Positions 19,057 through 28,779 of a stretch of 64,000 nt of DNA are shown here, piece after piece (the first letter of the stretch is position 1; each line of letters begins with the position of its first letter). The stretch is from Betaproteobacteria bacterium (lineage in GTDB: Bacteria > Pseudomonadota > Gammaproteobacteria > Burkholderiales > Burkholderiaceae_C). A program made the position numbers and the translations under genes. The stretch is from NCBI GenBank assembly GCA_031366635.1, contig JANLOP010000066.1, positions 3,823 to 67,822 on the forward strand, in the 5' to 3' direction. The notes under the pieces were generated by a model. It was not told the DNA's origin and searched no databases. It saw only the letters and a program-made list of their open reading frames with translations.

Positions 19057-19129
19057 TGTGGCGCGCTGGCGCCATCGGCCATCGGCCATCGCCATCGGCT
19101 GCCGCCATCAGCCACCCGCCAACCCGGCC

Positions 19130-19381
19130 TCAGGCTTGCAGTTTTGCGTTGACAAATGCCAGCAACGAGCCGAATGTCTGGAATATCGAGCCGTCGATTT
19201 CGTCGTCATCGACCGAGAACCCGAGCCGCTCTTCCAGCGCCGTCAGCAGCGACACCACGCCCATTGAATCCAGCTCCGGCACGGCACCCATCAGCGGTGT
19301 GGCGTCGTCAAAATCCAAACCCCGGCCACCGAGGTTGAGGGCCGTATCGAGCAGGGCGAGTAATTCAGTTCTGACGGTCAA
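19130..19381 (-). CDS. Acyl carrier protein (exosortase A system type)
   Basis: TTG start after GGAGA; TPLMGAVPELDSMGVVSLLTALEERLGF; 83 aa. Confidence 0.9.
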   Translation of the reverse strand: MTVRTELLALLDTALNLGGRGLDFDDATPLMGAVPELDSMGVVSLLTALEERLGFSVDDDEIDGSIFQTFGSLLAFVNAKLQA

Positions 19382-19571
19382 CGAGTTTCTCCAGGCGGCA
19401 CGGCACAGCGCGCCAGCGCAAACCCCGAGTTTAACGGCCGCCGGCAGCGCCGCGCGGGCGGCGCTGCCGGCGGCCTCGGGACTTGTGTCACAGAACGCGG
19501 CAGCGCGGCCGCACAGCCGTGCGCTACATTTTGGCCTCCGCAGTTTTTGCCCTGGGCCGCCGGGTTTGAAT

Positions 19572-21182
19572 GTGATTGCCACCACGCTTTTGCCCGAGTT
19601 GATCTTCGCGTCGGCACACCGCACGCCTGCCGCCACGGCGCTGACCGACGGCGCCACCGCGCTCAGCTACGGCGCGCTGGCGGCGGCGGTGGCGGCCTGT
19701 GCATCGGGGCTGTGCCAGCACGGCTTGCAACGCGGTGAGCGGGTGGCGATCTACCTTGAAAAGCGGGTTGAGGCGGTGGTGGCCAGTTTTGGCACCACGG
19801 CCGCTGGCGGCGTGTTTGTGCCGCTGAACCCGCTGCTCAAGCCCGAGCAGGTGGGCTTCATCCTGCGCGATTGCGCGGTGCGGGTGTTGGTGACGTCGCC
19901 AGAACGCCTGGCCTTGCTGCCGGCGGTGATCGCCCAATGCCCGGCGCTGCGCCAGGTGGTGGTGACCGGCGATGCGTTGTCAGCCGCTGTCTTGCTGCCG
20001 CAGACCCCCTGGCGCGACTTGCTGGCGGGCGCCGCCGACCCGCCGAACGCGCCGCACCCGCCGCACCGCGTCATCGACACCGACATGGCCGCCATCCTGT
20101 ACACCTCGGGCAGCACCGGCAGCCCGAAGGGTGTGGTGCTGTCCCACCGCAACCTGGTGGCGGGCGCCAAAAGCGTGGCGAGCTATCTTGAAAACAGCCC
20201 CGAAGACAGCTTGCTGGCCGCGCTGCCGCTGTCGTTTGATGCCGGCTTCAGCCAGCTCACCACGGCTTTTCACAGCGGCGCCCGGGTCGTGCTGCTGAAT
20301 TATTTGCTGCCGCGTGACGTGCTCAAAACGATGGTGCGTGAGCGCATCACCGGTCTGACGGCGGTGCCGCCGCTCTATATCCAGCTCTCGCAACTCGACT
20401 GGCCGGTCGAGATCAACCAGCACCTGCGCTACTTTGCCAACACCGGCGGCCGCATGCCGGGCCAGACGCTGGGCCTGCTGCGCCAGCGCGTGCCGCGCGC
20501 CAAGCCGTTTTTGATGTACGGGCTGACGGAGGCCTTCCGCTCCACCTACCTGGCGCCCGAGGAGATAGATCGCCGGCCCGATTCGATCGGCAAGGCGGTG
20601 CCGAATGCCGAGATTCTGGTGCTGCGCGAGGACGGCACGCCGTGTGCGCCCGACGAGCCGGGTGAGCTGGTGCACCGGGGCGCGCTGGTCGGCCAGGGCT
20701 ACTGGAACGACGCCGAGAAAACAGCCGAGCGCTACCGCCTGCTGCCGGCGGGCGTGGGCGGCCGGCAGGCCGGGCTGATGCTGCCCGAGTACGCGGTGTT
20801 CTCGGGCGACACGGTGCGCCAGGACGCCGAGGGCTTTTTCTACTTCATCGGGCGGCGCGACGAGATGATCAAGACCTCGGGCTACCGCGTCAGCCCGACC
20901 GAGGTGGAGGAGGTGCTGTACGCCACCCGGCGCCTGGGCGAATGCGCGGCGTTTGGCGTTGAGCACGCCACGCTGGGCCAGGCCATCCAGGTGATTGCCA
21001 CCGCGCCGGCCGGCAGTGCCGAGATCGACCTGCCGGGCCTGCTGGCCGACTGCCGCGCCCGCATGCCGGCCTATATGGTGCCGGCCGGCATCGAAACCGT
21101 CAGCGGCCCGCTGCCGCGCAACCCGAACGGCAAAATCGACCGCAAATGGCTGGCCGGGGACTGGCTTGCGCGCCATGCTTGA
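19572..21182 (+). CDS. Acyl-CoA/acyl-ACP ligase (AMP-forming), exosortase A system-associated
   Basis: YTSGSTGSPKG, MYGLTEAFRST, GRRDEMIKTSGYRVSPTEVEE, PRNPNGKIDR. GTG start chosen because the longer ORF overlaps the ACP. Confidence 0.92.
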   Translation: MIATTLLPELIFASAHRTPAATALTDGATALSYGALAAAVAACASGLCQHGLQRGERVAIYLEKRVEAVVASFGTTAAGGVFVPLNPLLKPEQVGFILRDCAVRVLVTSPERLALLPAVIAQCPALRQVVVTGDALSAAVLLPQTPWRDLLAGAADPPNAPHPPHRVIDTDMAAILYTSGSTGSPKGVVLSHRNLVAGAKSVASYLENSPEDSLLAALPLSFDAGFSQLTTAFHSGARVVLLNYLLPRDVLKTMVRERITGLTAVPPLYIQLSQLDWPVEINQHLRYFANTGGRMPGQTLGLLRQRVPRAKPFLMYGLTEAFRSTYLAPEEIDRRPDSIGKAVPNAEILVLREDGTPCAPDEPGELVHRGALVGQGYWNDAEKTAERYRLLPAGVGGRQAGLMLPEYAVFSGDTVRQDAEGFFYFIGRRDEMIKTSGYRVSPTEVEEVLYATRRLGECAAFGVEHATLGQAIQVIATAPAGSAEIDLPGLLADCRARMPAYMVPAGIETVSGPLPRNPNGKIDRKWLAGDWLARHA

Positions 21183-21229
21183 GCGCCATGCTGTTGAGTG
21201 CCCTGCTTTTGAGTGCACAAAGGAATTGA

Positions 21230-22504
21230 ATGTCTGAGCTGTCCACGGCGCCCGCGCCCGCAGCGGCCCCGCCACGCGCGCTGCCGGTGCATGCCGCGAT
21301 GGACCAGTTTGCCGTGCGCCACGGCCAGTTGGTGGTGGGCGGTGAGCTGCTGGGCACGCTGGCCGAGCGTGTCGGCCAGACGCCGTTTTATGCCCTCGAC
21401 CGCCAGTTGCTGCGCCAGCGCGCCGCCCACCTGCGCGCGCTGCTGCCGGCCCGGCTGAAGCTGCACTACGCGATGAAGGCCAACCCGATGCCGGCGCTGG
21501 TGGGCTTGATGGCCGGCCTGGTGGACGGCATCGACGTGGCCTCGGCCGGCGAGCTGAAAGTGGCGTTGGACGCCGGTGCCGACCCGGCCGAGATCAGCTT
21601 TGCCGGGCCGGGCAAGCGTGAGGCCGAGCTGCGCCAGGCGGTGGCGGCCCGGGTGCTGATCAATGTGGAGTCGAATCGCGAGGTGGCGCTGCTGACCGGC
21701 ATTTCGCAGCAACTTGGCCTGCCGGCGCGGGTGGCGGTGCGCGTCAACCCCGACTTCGAGCTGAAGGGCTCGGGCATGAAGATGGGCGGCGGGCCCAAGC
21801 AGTTTGGCGTGGACGTGGAGCAGGTGCCCGCGCTGCTGGCCCGGGTGCAGGCCGGCGGCCTGGCGTTTGAGGGCTTTCACCTGTTTGCCGGCTCACAGAA
21901 CCTGCGCGCCGAGTCGATCATCGAGGCGCAGCAAAAATCCTATGCACTGGCGCTGCGGCTGGCGGATAACTGCCCGCAGCCGGTGCGCTTTCTCAACCTT
22001 GGCGGCGGCTTTGGCATCCCGTACTTCCCGGGCGAGAAGCGGCTGGATCTGGCGCCGATTGCCGACAACCTGGCCGAGATAAGCGAGCGCGCCTGCATTG
22101 AGCTGCCGCAGGCCGCGCTGGTGATCGAGCTGGGCCGCTACCTGGTGGGCGAGGCTGGGCTGTACGTCACCCGCATCCTCGACCGCAAAGTGTCGCGCGG
22201 CCAGGTGTTTTTGGTCACCGACGGCGGGCTCAACCACCACCTGTCGGCGTCGGGCAATTTTGGCCAGGTGCTGCGCAAGAACTACCCGGTGACGATCGGC
22301 AACAAGGCCGATGCGGTGCAGCGCGAGACCGCGTCGGTGGTGGGGCCGCTGTGCACCCCGCTCGACCTGCTGGCCGACCGAATGGCGTTGCCGGTGGCCG
22401 AACCGGGTGATCTGGTGGTCGTCTTCCAGTCGGGGGCTTACGGCGCAAGCGCCAGCCCGCAGGGGTTTTTGGGCCACCCGGCTTGCATCGAGGTGCTGGT
22501 TTAG
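21230..22504 (+). CDS. Pyridoxal-dependent decarboxylase (LysA/ODC fold), exosortase A system-associated
   Basis: HYAMKANP (PLP Lys), HLFAGSQ, NLGGGFG, ELGRY, GPLCTPLD. Confidence 0.92.
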   Translation: MSELSTAPAPAAAPPRALPVHAAMDQFAVRHGQLVVGGELLGTLAERVGQTPFYALDRQLLRQRAAHLRALLPARLKLHYAMKANPMPALVGLMAGLVDGIDVASAGELKVALDAGADPAEISFAGPGKREAELRQAVAARVLINVESNREVALLTGISQQLGLPARVAVRVNPDFELKGSGMKMGGGPKQFGVDVEQVPALLARVQAGGLAFEGFHLFAGSQNLRAESIIEAQQKSYALALRLADNCPQPVRFLNLGGGFGIPYFPGEKRLDLAPIADNLAEISERACIELPQAALVIELGRYLVGEAGLYVTRILDRKVSRGQVFLVTDGGLNHHLSASGNFGQVLRKNYPVTIGNKADAVQRETASVVGPLCTPLDLLADRMALPVAEPGDLVVVFQSGAYGASASPQGFLGHPACIEVLV

Positions 22505-22518
22505 TGTCGCCGTGCGCG

Positions 22519-23346
22519 ATGAACGCCGCTTGCCCTGGCGTCTGCCCACCCCAAACCGCGCCAGCCTGGCGTGGCCGGCGCGGGCCGGTGCGCCGGGCCC
22601 GCTGGCTGCTGGGCGGGGCGACCGGCTGGCGGCCGTGCGGTCTGCTCTGCGCCGGCCTGTTGGCCGCCGGCACGCTGCAAGCCGCCACCGTCAGCGCGCC
22701 GGACGAGCCGCCCGGCCCCGCCACGGCGCTGGGTGCGCCAGCGCAGCCCGGCGCCGCGCCCGGCAGCGGGGTGCTGGACAAAGCGCTCACCGGCACGGTG
22801 CTCAGTGGCAACAAGAACCTCGATCTGCTGCTGGAAATGCAGCGCAACGATGCGGCCGAGGCCAGCCAGCCCGGCCGGGCCCGGCCGGGCGCGGCGCCGA
22901 CGCCCGGCGCCGCCACGGCCGCTGCCAAGACCTTGACCACTGCGCCGCTGTCGCAAGCCGCAGCAACGCTGCCGCAAACAACGCTGCCGCAAGTGGCGGC
23001 GCCGCCTGAAAAGTCGGCGCTGTCGCAGGGCACCTTGCTGGGCAGCGATGCCGGCCTGCGGGCCCCGCTGAAAGCGGCCGCCGCGCTGGCCAGGCCCGAC
23101 TGGCTGGGTGGCGGCGGGCGGGCGGGCGGCGGCAGCCTGGAGCCGGGCGCCGCCGACGACCTCAACCGCAACGCTGACGAGCTGGCCGGCGGGCGGCCGA
23201 ATGAAGACGCCGACGACGGCACACCTCGGTTCTGGCCCCGCCATGTTCGCGACTACGTCCGCGACAACCGCTTCTGGTTGCTCGGCGGCATCGCCGGCCT
23301 GCTGCTGCTGGGCGCGGCGCTGCGGGCCTACAGCCGGCGCATTTGA
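22519..23346 (+). CDS. Hypothetical exported protein with C-terminal TM helix and basic tail (start uncertain)
   Basis: Signal-like [14 protein letters not shown], low-complexity body, [24 protein letters not shown] end. Confidence 0.55.
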   Translation: MNAACPGVCPPQTAPAWRGRRGPVRRARWLLGGATGWRPCGLLCAGLLAAGTLQAATVSAPDEPPGPATALGAPAQPGAAPGSGVLDKALTGTVLSGNKNLDLLLEMQRNDAAEASQPGRARPGAAPTPGAATAAAKTLTTAPLSQAAATLPQTTLPQVAAPPEKSALSQGTLLGSDAGLRAPLKAAAALARPDWLGGGGRAGGGSLEPGAADDLNRNADELAGGRPNEDADDGTPRFWPRHVRDYVRDNRFWLLGGIAGLLLLGAALRAYSRRI

Positions 23347-23540
23347 CGGCGGGCGCGGGGCCGGCCGCAGGGCCGCGCCCCAGGCGCGCAGCCGGCGCCG
23401 CAACCCGGCGCCCAGGCCCGGCACCCAGGCTCAGGCCCAGGCCCAGGCCCAACACCCAGGCCCGGCGCACCCGCCGGCCAGTGGGGTGTTGCACGCCAGC
23501 CGCTACCATGCCGGGCGACGCAATCCCCAGGAGATTTGGC

Positions 23541-24035
23541 ATGTCTGCTTTGAAGCTTTGGGTCAACGGCCAGCCCGTGACCACCGACGTGGCGCCCGCC
23601 ACCTTGCTGATCGATTGGCTGCGCGGCCCGCTGGCGCTGACCGGCACCCACGCCGGCTGTGACACGGCGCAATGCGGTGCCTGCACCGTGCTGATCGACG
23701 GTGCGGCCGTGAAAAGCTGCAGCCTGCTGGCGCTGCAGGCCGAAGGTTGCCAGGTCACCACGGTGGAGGGCCTGGCCAGCGCGGCCGACGGCAGCCTGCA
23801 CCCGCTGCAGCAGGCTTTCATGGACTGCCACGGCCTGCAATGCGGTTTTTGCACGCCCGGCATGATGATGACCGGCGCCTGCCTGCTGGCCCGGACGCCG
23901 CAGCCCACCGAGGCCCAGATCGTGCACGCGCTGGAGGGCAATCTGTGCCGCTGCACCGGCTACGTCAACATCGTGGCGGCGGTCAAGCAGGCGGCGGCGC
24001 TGATGGCGCGGGCACCTGCCGGGGTGATGGCATGA
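23541..24035 (+). CDS. (2Fe-2S) small subunit, CoxS/xanthine dehydrogenase family
   Basis: [29 protein letters not shown]; AGGAG RBS upstream. Confidence 0.93.
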   Translation: MSALKLWVNGQPVTTDVAPATLLIDWLRGPLALTGTHAGCDTAQCGACTVLIDGAAVKSCSLLALQAEGCQVTTVEGLASAADGSLHPLQQAFMDCHGLQCGFCTPGMMMTGACLLARTPQPTEAQIVHALEGNLCRCTGYVNIVAAVKQAAALMARAPAGVMA

Positions 24036-26401
24036 GCACCACCGCCTCGCCAGCCGCCCGCTTCGGCAGCGGCCAATCGGTGCGCCGCATCGAAGACCCG
24101 GCGCTGATCACCGGCCGCGGCCAGTACGCCGACGATGTGGTGGTGGCCGGCCAAACCCACCTGGCCTTTCTGCGCAGCCCGTATGCGCATGCCCGCATCA
24201 CGGCCATCGACAGCGCTGCCGCACTCGCCCTGCCGGGCGTGATCGCCGTCTACACCGGCGCTGACTTGGTGGCGGCCGGCGTCAAGGCCATGCCGCCGCC
24301 GGCCGGCTTCCCCCGGCCCGACGGCACGCCCGGCGTGTCGGCACCGCGCCGCGCGCTGGCCGCCGAGCGGGTGCGCTTTGTCGGTGAGGCCGTGGCCGCC
24401 GTGGTGGCCGAGACGCTGGACCAGGCGCGCGCCGCCTGCGACGCCATCGCGGTGGATTACGACGAGTTGCCGGCGGTGGTCAATGTCTTTGCCGCGATGC
24501 TGCCCGGCGCGCCGCAACTGTGTGACGGCGCGCCCGACAACATCGCCGCCGCGATGCGCCACGGCGATGCCGCCGCCACCACCGCCGCGTTTGCGGCTGC
24601 TGCCCACCGCGTGAGCGTGGACGTTGAAAACCAGCGCCTGGCGCCGAGCCCGATCGAGCCGCGCTGCGTCAACGCCTTTGTCGGTTTGCCCGGCACGGCC
24701 GACGCCGGCCGGCTGGTGGTTCGCATCTCCAGCCAGATGCCCACTGGCGTGCGTGGCGGGCTGGTCGATGCGATTCCCGGCCTGACCGTGGCCAATGTGC
24801 GGGTGCTGGTGGGCGATGTCGGCGGCGGCTTCGGCATGAAAACCGGCATCTACCCCGAGGACATCGTGGTCGGCTTTGCCGCGCTGCAAGTCAAGCGCCC
24901 GGTCAAATGGCGGGCTGACCGGATCGAAGAGTTTTTGGCGGCGGTGCACGGCCGCGATGTCACCAGCCGGGCCGAGCTGGCACTTGATGCCGGCGGCAAG
25001 GTGCTGGCGCTGCGGGTGCGCGGCTTTGCCAATGTCGGCGGCTACGCCAGCATCACCGGGGTGGTGATCCAGTGCCTGATCGGGCCCTGGGTATCGACCA
25101 GCATCTACGACATTCCGGTGATTGACCTGCACTTCAGCGCCGTGATGACCAATACCACGCCCACCGGTGCTTACCGGGGCGCTGGCCGGCCCGAGGCGAT
25201 CTACCTGATCGAGCGGCTGATGGACGCCGCCGCCCGCAAGCTGGCGCTCGACCCGGCTGAGTTGCGGCGCCGCAACATGGTGCGGCCGGCGCAAATGCCG
25301 TACCAAAACGCGATGGGCCAGACCTACGACAGCGGCTGCTTCGAGCAAATCCTGGACCAAGGCCTGGCGCTGGCCGATTGGCGCGGCTTTGCGGCGCGCC
25401 GGGCGCTATCCGAGGCCAGCGGCAAGCTGCGCGGCCGGGGCATTGCCACCTTTCTGGAGTGGACTGGCGGCAATGCGATGGAAGAGCGGGTGATCGTCAA
25501 CGTCACCGCCGACGGCTTTATCGAGTTGGGCTCAGCCACCCAGGGCATGGGCCAGGGCATCGCCACCAGCTACGCGCAGTTGGCGGTGGACGTGTTTGGC
25601 GTGCCGATGGACCGCATCCGGGTGCTGCAAGGCGACACCGACCGGGTGAACGGCTTTGGCAGCGCCGGTTCACGCTCGCTGTTCACCGGCGGCTCGGCGG
25701 TCAGCGTGGCGGCCAAACGTACGGTGGACGAGGCCAAAGCCCTGGCCGCCGACGCGCTGGAAGCACCCGCCGCCGACATCGAATACCACGAAGGCCGGTT
25801 CAACGTGGCCGGCACGGATCTGGGTATCGGCCTGTTTGAGCTGGCGGCGCGCCAGCCCGAGACCCGCATCACCGTGGACAGCAGCAGCGCGGCCGGCGGC
25901 CCCACCTGGCCCAACGGCTGCCACATCTGCGAGGTGGAGATCGATGCGGCCACCGGCGAGGTGGCGGTGGTGGCTTATGCCTCGGTCAATGACATCGGCC
26001 GGGTCGTCAGCCCGACGATCGTGCAAGGCCAGGTGGAGGGCGGCGCGGTGCAGGGCATCGGCCAGGCACTGTGTGAGCGGGTGGCTTACGACGCCGAGAC
26101 GGGGCAATTGCAGAGCGCCAGCTTCATGGACTACGCCATCCCGCATGCCGATGGCTTCTTGGGCTTCAAGACGGCGTTTGACACCTCCATCCCCTGCAAG
26201 ACCAACCCGCTGGGCGTCAAAGGCGTGGGCGAGCTGGGCACCATTGGCGCCACCCCGGCGGTAGTGAATGCGGTGATCGACGCGCTGGACCACTTTGGCC
26301 TGGGTGCGGCGGGGCAGGCGTTGCAGATGCCGATCACCGCTGAGCGGGTTTGGCGGGCGTTGAATTTGAAGCAGTTCGACGCCAGCCCGTTCAAGCTTTG
26401 A
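24032..26401 (+). CDS. Molybdopterin large subunit, form II CoxL-like/xanthine dehydrogenase family
   Basis: [25 protein letters not shown]; ATGA overlap with the small subunit. Confidence 0.92.
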   Translation: MSTTASPAARFGSGQSVRRIEDPALITGRGQYADDVVVAGQTHLAFLRSPYAHARITAIDSAAALALPGVIAVYTGADLVAAGVKAMPPPAGFPRPDGTPGVSAPRRALAAERVRFVGEAVAAVVAETLDQARAACDAIAVDYDELPAVVNVFAAMLPGAPQLCDGAPDNIAAAMRHGDAAATTAAFAAAAHRVSVDVENQRLAPSPIEPRCVNAFVGLPGTADAGRLVVRISSQMPTGVRGGLVDAIPGLTVANVRVLVGDVGGGFGMKTGIYPEDIVVGFAALQVKRPVKWRADRIEEFLAAVHGRDVTSRAELALDAGGKVLALRVRGFANVGGYASITGVVIQCLIGPWVSTSIYDIPVIDLHFSAVMTNTTPTGAYRGAGRPEAIYLIERLMDAAARKLALDPAELRRRNMVRPAQMPYQNAMGQTYDSGCFEQILDQGLALADWRGFAARRALSEASGKLRGRGIATFLEWTGGNAMEERVIVNVTADGFIELGSATQGMGQGIATSYAQLAVDVFGVPMDRIRVLQGDTDRVNGFGSAGSRSLFTGGSAVSVAAKRTVDEAKALAADALEAPAADIEYHEGRFNVAGTDLGIGLFELAARQPETRITVDSSSAAGGPTWPNGCHICEVEIDAATGEVAVVAYASVNDIGRVVSPTIVQGQVEGGAVQGIGQALCERVAYDAETGQLQSASFMDYAIPHADGFLGFKTAFDTSIPCKTNPLGVKGVGELGTIGATPAVVNAVIDALDHFGLGAAGQALQMPITAERVWRALNLKQFDASPFKL

Positions 26402-26406
26402 ATCGC

Positions 26407-26430
26407 GCCCTCCCCTGGCAGGGGGAGGGC
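26407..26430. repeat. GC-rich palindrome between convergent genes (REP-like or bidirectional terminator)
   Basis: gccctcccc-tggcag-ggggagggc. Confidence 0.55.
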
Positions 26431-26436
26431 CAAGGC

Positions 26437-27606
26437 TCAAGCGGCTCTGAGGCAATCCACGATCTGCAAGCGCGCCGCCCGCCAGGCGGGAATGAAGCCA
26501 CCCACCACACCCATCGCCAGCGCAAAAGCAAAAGCTTGCCAGGCGATCTGCGGCGTCAGCACAAAGCGGAAGGCCAGCTCGGCAAAGGTCTGGAAGTTGG
26601 TGGTCGAGACATCCACCGCCTGCATCACACTGGCCGCCGCCAGCCCCACCACACCGCCCAGCGCGGCCAGCAGCAGCGATTCAGTCATGAAGGCGGCCAG
26701 CACCGCGCCACGCCTGAAACCCAGCGCGCGCAAGGTGCCGATCTCACCGATGCGCGACGCCACGGCGGCAAACATCGTGATCATTGCGCCCACCACCGCG
26801 CCGATCGAAAAGATCACCGCCAGGCTCAGCCCCAGGATGTTGATGAAGGTGGCCAGCGCCTCACTCTGCTCGGCGTAGAAGCGGATTTCGGGCTTGGCTT
26901 CGAGCTGCAGCCGCGGGTCGGCCTCGATGCTGGCTTTGCTGGCCTCGAACAAGCCGCTGTCGGCCAGCCGGAAGACGACGATGGAATACGTGGCCCGGCG
27001 GAAGGCTTGCAGCATCTGCTCGGCATCGCCCCAAATTTCGGAGTCAAAGCCGCTGCGGCCCGAATCGAAGCGACCGACGATCAACCAGTCGCGGCCGGCA
27101 AAGCGCAGCGACGCGCCCAGATCGATGCCGGAAAAACCGGCGGCTGTGGCCCGGCCGACCACGATCTCCGACGTGCCGGGGCGGAACATCCGGCCCTCGA
27201 CGATCTGCACACCCGGCCGCAATTGCAGGCCCAATTCGGACGTGCCGCGCACCGTCACATTGCTGGGTTTGCCGTTGCTGCGCTTGGGCAGGTTGATCAG
27301 CACCACCGGCTCGGCGCTGACCAGCGGCCGGCCCAGTGAATCGGTGGCGATGCCGGGCAGCGTGGACAAGACGTGCGCCTGGCTGCGCTCAATGCCGCTG
27401 TTGATTTCGGCCCCGGCGCCTTTGCGCAGCACCATCACATTGTCGGGCTGGCCGGTGGCCACCAGCGTGGCGCGGATGCCCTCGCTCATCATCAGCACGG
27501 TGGCAAACACGTACACCACCAGCGCCATGCCACCGGCGGTGAGCAAGGTGGTGACGCGCCGCACCCACAGGTTGCGGGCGATGTAGCCCAAGGGAATCCC
27601 GCGCAT
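26437..27606 (-). CDS. ABC transporter permease (MacB/FtsX family)
   Basis: RIGEIGTLRALGF motif; one N-terminal TM, periplasmic domain, three C-terminal TMs. Confidence 0.9.
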   Translation of the reverse strand: MRGIPLGYIARNLWVRRVTTLLTAGGMALVVYVFATVLMMSEGIRATLVATGQPDNVMVLRKGAGAEINSGIERSQAHVLSTLPGIATDSLGRPLVSAEPVVLINLPKRSNGKPSNVTVRGTSELGLQLRPGVQIVEGRMFRPGTSEIVVGRATAAGFSGIDLGASLRFAGRDWLIVGRFDSGRSGFDSEIWGDAEQMLQAFRRATYSIVVFRLADSGLFEASKASIEADPRLQLEAKPEIRFYAEQSEALATFINILGLSLAVIFSIGAVVGAMITMFAAVASRIGEIGTLRALGFRRGAVLAAFMTESLLLAALGGVVGLAAASVMQAVDVSTTNFQTFAELAFRFVLTPQIAWQAFAFALAMGVVGGFIPAWRAARLQIVDCLRAA

Positions 27607-27618
27607 CGGCAGCCCCGG

Positions 27619-28776
27619 TCAGCCGATATGCCGCAAGCCGGCGACGATGTCGATCCGGCTCATGCGCCAGGCCGGCCAGGCGGCGGCCACCACGCCCACC
27701 CCCAGTGCGGCAGCCAGTTGCAGCGCCATCGTCAGGGTCGAAACCTGAAAGATCGGAAACAACGTACCGACCGCGCTGCGGAAGGCGGCGGCCAGCGGCC
27801 AGGTCAGCAACAGCCCGGCCACGCCGCCGAGGGCCGCGATCAGCAAGCTCTCACCCAACAGCAGCCGCACCACAAAACCGGGCGAAAACCCCAGCGCCTT
27901 GAGCGTGGCGTACTCGGCCAGCCGCTCACGCGCGGTCATCGTCATGGTGTTGGCCATCACCGCCATGATGATGACCACGATGATCAGGCTGACGGCCTGC
28001 ACCGCTACCAGGATGGCCTCGCTCATCGAGACAAAACTGAGCTGGAAGGCGGCCTCGGTCTCGGTCAGGGTCTCGGCCAACGAGTTGGCAAAGAGTTTGT
28101 CCACGCGCTGGCCCACCAGACCCGCGTTGTTGGGCTCGTCGATGCCGACGATGTACACCCCCACCGCATCGGCCCGCCCGGGCGCGCGCTGGCGGATCGT
28201 CTCGTTGATGTAAGCCCAGTGCATCAGCAATTGGTTTTCGTCGGTCTTGGCGTCGGCGCCGTCCCAGATGCCGCGCAGATTGAAGGTCCAGGTGCCGGGG
28301 TAGATGGTGCCGCGCAGCGGAATCTGGTCGCCGATCTTCCAGCCAAATTTGTCGGCCAGCTTGCGGCCCACCACGGCGCCCTGGCGGTCGCGGAAGAAGG
28401 CCAGCTTCTGCTCGTCGGGCAGCCGGTACGCGGGGTACAGCGCCAGGTAGCTGGTGGGATCGACGGCAAATTGCGGAAAAAAATTGCGCTCGGTGATGTA
28501 GACGCCGCCAAACCAGTTGGCCCAGCTCACCTGGCGCACGCCCTCCACCGCGCGCAGCCGCTGGGCGTAGTTGAGCGGCAGCGTGAAGGTGAGCGAGATA
28601 TTGCTGCGTGTCACCAGCCGCGTGCTGCTGCTGCCCTCCACCCCGGCATACCAGGCATCGACGATGGTGCGCAGCAGGCCAAAGGCGCAGATCGCCACCA
28701 CCAGACCGATCAGCGTGAGCCCGGTGCGCAGCTGGTGGCGGAAGGCGTTTTTGAGCAGCAGCTTGAATAAAAACAC
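27619..28776 (-). CDS. ABC transporter permease (MacB/FtsX family)
   Basis: ERLAEYATLKALGF motif, same topology. Confidence 0.9.
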   Translation of the reverse strand: MFLFKLLLKNAFRHQLRTGLTLIGLVVAICAFGLLRTIVDAWYAGVEGSSSTRLVTRSNISLTFTLPLNYAQRLRAVEGVRQVSWANWFGGVYITERNFFPQFAVDPTSYLALYPAYRLPDEQKLAFFRDRQGAVVGRKLADKFGWKIGDQIPLRGTIYPGTWTFNLRGIWDGADAKTDENQLLMHWAYINETIRQRAPGRADAVGVYIVGIDEPNNAGLVGQRVDKLFANSLAETLTETEAAFQLSFVSMSEAILVAVQAVSLIIVVIIMAVMANTMTMTARERLAEYATLKALGFSPGFVVRLLLGESLLIAALGGVAGLLLTWPLAAAFRSAVGTLFPIFQVSTLTMALQLAAALGVGVVAAAWPAWRMSRIDIVAGLRHIG

Positions 28777-28779
28777 GGC

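Noticed and set aside
19053-19571. 173-aa N-terminal extension of the ligase ORF
   Set aside because: It is the antisense shadow of the ACP gene at 19130-19381.
9466-22504. PKS/NRPS secondary metabolite cluster
   Set aside because: No ketosynthase or condensation domain in the window; flippase and exosortase-associated families point to glycan modification.
23411-23463. CRISPR-like or iteron repeats (also 45667 and 53651)
   Set aside because: Short contiguous tandem units with no spacers, cas or rep genes.
24032-26401. True aerobic CO dehydrogenase
   Set aside because: Has the form II AYRGAGR loop and lacks coxM and accessory genes.
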